Source of the DNA: Fidelibacterota bacterium
Lineage (GTDB): Bacteria > Fidelibacterota > Marinisomatia > SCGC-AAA003-L08 > TS1B11
NCBI GenBank assembly: GCA_030640955.1
Contig: DAOWIJ010000218.1
Span: 1 to 22,624 of the forward strand
Length of the DNA: 22,624 nucleotides
Direction of reading: 5' to 3'
Made by a program: the position numbers and the translations under genes. Under the pieces are notes generated by a model, which saw nothing but the letters and a program-made list of their open reading frames with translations, ran no database searches and was not told the origin of the DNA. Positions 18,127-22,624 of this stretch are shown here, in pieces; positions within the stretch are counted from its first letter, which is position 1; every line of letters begins with the position of its first letter.

Positions 18127-18690
18127 CCTATAATTTCCCAGTATTGGCAATTCTAGAAGTGTGAATATTATTCATATTACAACAAATTACAGTCGATCTC
18201 ATTCTCATAATTTACACAATACATTTATTTCCCAAATACTTTAGATGAGATCGCTCCAAGGCGGAAATTCCTTCCCTCATCTTGTCCCCCAAGTATAATC
18301 CTTACCCGAGCCGATGACCACCAGCCCTAGACAAGCTCAGGATAGGCCCTTCGACTGGCTCAGGCCCGTATCAAATATCCTGCATCAAGACCCGCCTATG
18401 TCGGGATAGACATCGAGCCCTTCGGCAGGCTTGTCCCGCGGAATGCGGGGACGGGCTCAGCGTTCAAAGTTAATAGGGAAAGGTGAGATCAGGTTGGCAA
18501 TATTGCGTGGCGGGCAGGGGCGTTACCTCACCCCCGGACACTGCGTGTCGCCCCCTCTCCTGAAGGCGAGGGGTAAGACCGGAACCCAAGACCAAGGAAT
18601 AACTACATTAATGCAATCCATCCCCGTCAGGCCTGTACTGCGGAACGCGGGGGGATTGGCTGCCTGTACTATGATCCATCGTATAAATAA

Positions 18691-18704
18691 GCAATATATA
18701 TTGC
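18691..18704. promoter_or_regulatory. perfect 14-bp palindrome GCAATATATATTGC in the promoter region of the DUF4143-type ATPase gene
   Basis: Identical to its own reverse complement. It lies about 100 nt upstream of the ATG at 18803 and about 37 nt upstream of a TATAAT hexamer at 18741-18746. Confidence 0.5.
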
Positions 18705-18802
18705 GTTTAACCCATTTTATAGTTATATTAGACTCAGTATAATGATATAACATCGACATAAATATCTAGTAAGATCAATGTATTAAGTTTAATGGAAGTG
18801 AA

Positions 18803-20215
18803 ATGAGAGAGATTACAGCTGGCGAAATTGCGGCGCGTTATCGCTATGATAATCCGTGGTGGAGTTCTCATTCAAATTTACCTTATGCGGACCTGCCTGG
18901 GCGGGCATACCTGCCGCAATTCTACAAGTATATTTCAATGCCTGATCCCAACAGGGCTGTTGTGCTAATGGGTCCACGGAGGGTCGGTAAAACAGTACTG
19001 ATTCATCATGCCATATACGAACTGATCGATAATGGGGTTCCAGCCAATAATATACTCTATGTATCTGTTGACGCTCCTGTATTTACTGGCACGCCTCTGG
19101 AGCATCATGTTAAGAACTTCATTGATATCATACAGCAGCCAGGTAGTGAAAGACTTATTATTTTCCTTGATGAGGTGCAGTACCTGGCAAACTGGGAAGT
19201 GCATCTCAAGAGCCTGGTAGATACCTATCCCAATTATAAGTTTATAGTTTCGGGTTCTGCCGCGGCTGCTCTCAGATTCAAGAGTATCGAATCAGGTGCG
19301 GGCCGTTTTACAGACTTTATGCTGCCACCACTTACATTTGCAGAATACCTTGGTTTTATTGAAATAGAGAAAGACCTGATCAAGGCTGATTCTGAGAATC
19401 AACGCAACTATATAGCGCTGGATATCGGTGAACTAAATCGGCATTTTATCAACTACCTTAATTTCGGTGGATATCCTGAGGCGGTTTTTTCCGAGCAGAT
19501 AAAGGCAGACCCAGCAAGATTTATCAAGAGTGACATTATAGACAAAGTTCTCCTACGGGATTTGCCAGGTTTATACGGTATCAGAGATATCCAGGAACTC
19601 AACCGTTTATTCACCAATATTGCCTACAACACTGGTGAAGAGATCAGCCTCGAAGATTTATCCCAGAAGTCAGGCGTCCAAAAGAATACGATTGTGAAAT
19701 ACCTGGAATATCAGGAATCAGCATTTCTGATCAAAAGAATCAGGAAAGTGACACTGGCGGGGCAGAGATTTAAACGCGATCGCCATTTTAAGGTATACTT
19801 AACAAATCCGTCTATGAGAGCGGCCCTGTTTGGTCCAGTACAGATCGACTCAGAGGATATGGGAAAACTGGCAGAGACGGCGGTATTCGCGCAGTGGCTT
19901 CATGATAAAACGTATATTGAGAGCATCTATTATGGCCGTTGGAAGGAAGCCGAAGTTGATGTAATAGGTATTATCGAAGGCTCGCCTCGCACTATCTGGG
20001 CTGTTGAGATAAAGTGGAGTGATAAATCCTACTCCAATCCAAGTAGGATCAAAGGGATAATCGACTACTCCAAGAAACATTCGCTTAGTAGAAAACCAGT
20101 GGTAACAACACGTACCATTAGAGGAGAACTCATCGTGTCTGGAGTTCCAATAGAATTTTGTCCAACCAGCCTGCATTGCTATACGATTGGTAAAAATCTG
20201 ATCCAGAACAAGTGA
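18803..20215 (+). CDS. AAA_14 / DUF4143-type ATP-binding protein
   Basis: 470 aa. Walker A (LMGPRRVGKTVL) and Walker B (LIIFLDEVQYL). Length and N-terminal organisation are typical of the widespread AAA_14+DUF4143 ATP-binding protein family. AT-rich, about 43% GC in a sampled line. Confidence 0.75.
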   Translation: MREITAGEIAARYRYDNPWWSSHSNLPYADLPGRAYLPQFYKYISMPDPNRAVVLMGPRRVGKTVLIHHAIYELIDNGVPANNILYVSVDAPVFTGTPLEHHVKNFIDIIQQPGSERLIIFLDEVQYLANWEVHLKSLVDTYPNYKFIVSGSAAAALRFKSIESGAGRFTDFMLPPLTFAEYLGFIEIEKDLIKADSENQRNYIALDIGELNRHFINYLNFGGYPEAVFSEQIKADPARFIKSDIIDKVLLRDLPGLYGIRDIQELNRLFTNIAYNTGEEISLEDLSQKSGVQKNTIVKYLEYQESAFLIKRIRKVTLAGQRFKRDRHFKVYLTNPSMRAALFGPVQIDSEDMGKLAETAVFAQWLHDKTYIESIYYGRWKEAEVDVIGIIEGSPRTIWAVEIKWSDKSYSNPSRIKGIIDYSKKHSLSRKPVVTTRTIRGELIVSGVPIEFCPTSLHCYTIGKNLIQNK

Positions 20216-20308
20216 GTAACCTTTTTCTTTGTCGCCGGATCCTAAATGAAATTCGATTGTCTAAAACCCACCTTAAAGCAAAATTATTGATACATTTACT
20301 ATATAAGT

Positions 20309-20337
20309 AAAAAACCGCCCCCATCTCTGAGGGCGGT
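20309..20337 (-). terminator. rho-independent terminator (minus strand)
   Basis: ACCGCCC-ccatctctga-GGGCGGT gives a 7-bp GC stem. On the minus strand it is followed by a 6-nt U run (A6 at 20309-20314 on plus). It lies downstream of the SPFH gene and repeat copy C. Confidence 0.7.
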
Positions 20338-20338
20338 C

Positions 20339-20421
20339 ATCCAATATCTAATATCCAATATCCTGCTTCATCCCCACCAATGGCGGGCTAAACATCTAGT
20401 ATCGAGTATCGAGCATCCAGA
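20339..20421. repeat. tandem heptanucleotide repeat, copy C (split): ATCCAAT ATCTAAT ATCCAAT ATCCTGC ... ATCTAGT ATCGAGT ATCGAGC ATCCAGA
   Basis: Same 7-mer family as copies A and B, interrupted by a 27-nt spacer (ttcatccccaccaatggcgggctaaac). Lies between the convergent SPFH gene and DUF4143-type gene ends. Confidence 0.85.
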
Positions 20422-20424
20422 CCG

Positions 20425-21327
20425 CTAGTTCACGCCTCCCAGGATAATCGGCAGGCCGTCTTTGCCTGAGCCGATCACCACTACCTTGGCATTGTTGCTG
20501 CCGGCCAGGGCGTTGGTGGCCTCGATCCCCTTCCAACGCAGGAAGTTATCCGATATCCCTTCGGCCACCGTCTTATTGAAATCCCGGATGCCCTCGGCTT
20601 CGATCCGTTTACGGGCCGCCTCCTTCTGCTCCTTCACCAGGACGAACTCCATGCGCTGGCTCTCCTGCTCGGCGCGCAATTTCTCCTCGATGGCGGCTGC
20701 CAGGTCCTGAGGCAGGATCACGTCGCGAAGCGGAGTGGACTCTATCGCAATTCCCCGTTCGGAAACAGCTTCGGCTAGTTTGGCCGAGATGGCAGCGGCC
20801 ACCTCATCGCGCTTGGAGGCGTACACCGCTTTGGCTTCAAATTTGGCGGTCACATCCCGGACCACCGAGCGGAAATTGGGCAGCAATACCTTGCGGATGA
20901 GATCTTCCTCCAGGCCGACAGTCCGTACTATCTCAGGGGCGACCGACGGTTCCAAATGGTAGATCACGCTGATCTCCAGGCCCACGGTAAGGTTCTCCTT
21001 GGAGGGAGCCCGCATCTCCTCCCGGCGCTCCTGGGTCTTGATGTTCATTTTAATGATATCAGCGAAGGGATTACGCACATTTACCCCTTCACGCAACACC
21101 CGGCTGTCAACCTTGCCGAAGACCTTGATCACGCCCACGGTGCCGGCGTCAATGATGGTGATCAACTGGAAGGCTGCCATCAGCAGGGCGATGAACGCTA
21201 TTCCCTGGAGCAGACCCGGACCCAAGCCCATCTGCTTCAGATTACTTGACAGCACCGACGATCGCTTGACATAAACGGACAGGAAGAGCACGACTACCGC
21301 GATGACGGCAAAAAGTAAAAAACGCAT
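20425..21327 (-). CDS. SPFH/band-7 (prohibitin/HflC-like) membrane protein
   Basis: 300 aa. N-terminal TM helix, then an SPFH core (GTVGVIKVFGKVD...NVRNPF) and a C-terminal coiled-coil rich in EAEQ. AAGGAG SD 8 nt upstream. Confidence 0.8.
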   Translation of the reverse strand: MRFLLFAVIAVVVLFLSVYVKRSSVLSSNLKQMGLGPGLLQGIAFIALLMAAFQLITIIDAGTVGVIKVFGKVDSRVLREGVNVRNPFADIIKMNIKTQERREEMRAPSKENLTVGLEISVIYHLEPSVAPEIVRTVGLEEDLIRKVLLPNFRSVVRDVTAKFEAKAVYASKRDEVAAAISAKLAEAVSERGIAIESTPLRDVILPQDLAAAIEEKLRAEQESQRMEFVLVKEQKEAARKRIEAEGIRDFNKTVAEGISDNFLRWKGIEATNALAGSNNAKVVVIGSGKDGLPIILGGVN

Positions 21328-21440
21328 GATTGAGCTCCTTGTAAATCTTATTTCACGTTAAGAAATGCAACACCGAATGTACTACCGGCAGACGGGCAAA
21401 GGGGCCACTTTCGGTGTGTGGGATTGGCAGCCGGCAGGGA

Positions 21441-21797
21441 TTATTCGGGGGCGATTTCTTTCGTCAGGTTGAGGCGGCCCATGATGTCCAGCACCAGGCG
21501 GCGGGCCTCATCGCGGTGATCGTCGCTGATGTGGCACTGCACGTGTTTCCAGACCAACCCCAGCAGGGCGATATCGTCCACCAGCCCGATGGGCAGCAGG
21601 TCGGGCAGGGCATCGAACGGGTTAATCAGGTAGAGCAACGCCCCGATGACCTCGGCCTTGGCGGTGGCCGGCACGGCGCTGTCCTTCAGCATGACGAACA
21701 TGGCTACCACCTGGTAGAGGGTCTCCTTCAGCATCTTGCCGTCGCGCAGGGCGTTGGCAAGCTTCAGCAGCAGGCGCTCTTTCCTGATTCCAGGCAT
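21441..21797 (-). CDS. DUF1232 (YkvA-like) family membrane protein
   Basis: 118 aa. LYLINPFDALPDLLPIGLVDDIALLGLV matches the DUF1232 hallmark (P.D.IPD.IP..G..DD). Confidence 0.6.
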   Translation of the reverse strand: MPGIRKERLLLKLANALRDGKMLKETLYQVVAMFVMLKDSAVPATAKAEVIGALLYLINPFDALPDLLPIGLVDDIALLGLVWKHVQCHISDDHRDEARRLVLDIMGRLNLTKEIAPE

Positions 21798-21894
21798 GAC
21801 CTGAAGATACGAGAAAAGAACTGGCGGGTCTACACAAAATATGCAAAAATCTGCGTAAGTTTCAGTCTGTGTATGAAGGGTGACGTATAATCCA

Positions 21895-22624
21895 CATGAG
21901 CGCCCCTAAAAATATAGAAGCTTCCTTCGATCTGCTGGTGGTCGGCGCCGGTCCCGGTGGCATGGCCGCCGCCACCCGGGGCGCCATGAAGGGCCTTAGT
22001 ATGGGCCTGGTCAACGGGCAGCGGATCTGGGGCTACGGCATTCACGGCGCGTACAAGTCCAAGGGCATGTACGAGCTGGCCAAGGATCACATGGTCGCCC
22101 AAAAGCCGGGCCGTGGCTATGTCCCGGCCGCCCGCCAGGTGGATTTCCACCAGGTGTATGATCAACTGATCACCGGCAGCGAGGAGCTGGAGGCCCTCTA
22201 CAGGCAGCAGATCGCTGTTCTGGGCATACACGAAATCAAGGGCTATGCCGCCTTTGACGATCCCCAGACCGTCGAGGTGGGCGGTAAGCTATACCGGGGC
22301 GAGAATATCATTATTGCCACCGGCACCAAGCCCAGGTGGCTACCGACCATTGAGCAGGACGGCAAACGGATCATGTCCAGTGATGAGATCGTATCCCTGC
22401 AACAGTTGCCTAAAAGCATGCTGATCCTGGGCGCCGGGGTCATCGGCTGCGAGTTTGCTTCCACCTTCAACTCCTTCGGTTGCGATGTAACCCTGTTGGA
22501 TAACAAACCGGCCATCCTGTCCCACGAAGATGACGATGTTTCCGAGTTCATAACCGAGAACTTCAGCCAGAACGGGATCAACATCATCAGTTTGGCCAGG
22601 CTGAAGAAGATGTATGCCACCAGC
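21895..22624 (+). CDS. FAD-dependent pyridine nucleotide-disulfide oxidoreductase family protein, 3'-truncated by window edge
   Basis: Not in the ORF track because there is no stop before the window end. Open frame from the ATG at 21895. DLLVVGAGPGGMAAA (FAD GxGxxG), ATGTKPR and ILGAGVIGCEFAS (NAD(P) GxGxxG) are present. The antisense ORFs at 21830-22231 and 22243-22620 are rejected. Confidence 0.75.

Noticed and set aside
18431-18759. ORFs in the island spacer (103 aa plus strand, 78 aa minus strand)
   Set aside because: Arg/Gly-rich and low-complexity, with no SD or start-codon context. They overlap the GC-rich hairpin block and are more likely non-coding.
10313-20421. Possibility that the heptamer repeats form a CRISPR array
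   Set aside because: The units are 7 nt and tandem without spacers. No repeat-spacer periodicity of 25-40 nt and no cas genes are present.
21414-22620. ORFs 21414-21890 (+), 21830-22231 (-) and 22243-22620 (-)
   Set aside because: They lie antisense or out of frame relative to the DUF1232 gene and to the motif-rich plus-strand oxidoreductase frame that runs off the window end.

Overview
Chromosomal segment of a high-GC bacterium (spot counts of about 60-68% GC in 60-nt lines of host genes; Shine-Dalgarno sites are used). The lineage cannot be assigned from the sequence.

Most of the window is ordinary housekeeping and envelope genes:
- CBS-domain protein, truncated at the left edge.
- Class II fumarate hydratase (fumC).
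- Class A penicillin-binding protein.
- SLC13/DASS-like permease followed by a tandem universal stress protein.
- M3 metallopeptidase, CoA-transferase, glycerophosphodiester phosphodiesterase, M28 lipoprotein peptidase and DUF503.
- SPFH/band-7 protein, DUF1232 protein, and a partial FAD oxidoreductase at the right edge.
- A thiol-stress module: thioredoxin, ECF sigma factor, ZAS anti-sigma factor and OsmC.

The most interesting part is an AT-rich island of about 4 kb at 16386-20300 (spot counts about 27-45% GC). It sits between DUF503 and the SPFH gene and carries two things:
- A translationally coupled pair: an ABC-like ATPase (AAA_15/AAA_21 type) and a small partner with TOPRIM-like motifs (DUF4276-like). 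This is the split-OLD architecture seen in the AbiL, PARIS and Gabija defense families.
- A divergently transcribed AAA_14/DUF4143-type ATPase, separated from the pair by a 650-nt non-coding spacer that contains host-like GC-rich hairpins and a perfect 14-bp palindrome.

A second notable feature is a family of tandem heptanucleotide repeats (ATCCAAY, ending in ATCGAGT) at three intergenic loci:
- Every copy lies downstream of a minus-strand gene, and read on the minus strand the repeats form dense GGA-motif arrays.
- The copy at the third locus is followed by an intrinsic terminator, so it is a candidate small RNA.
- Two copies bracket a partly AT-rich gene for a Cys-rich beta-propeller lipoprotein, together with a 250-nt hairpin-rich block.

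No CRISPR array, tRNA or rRNA is evident.
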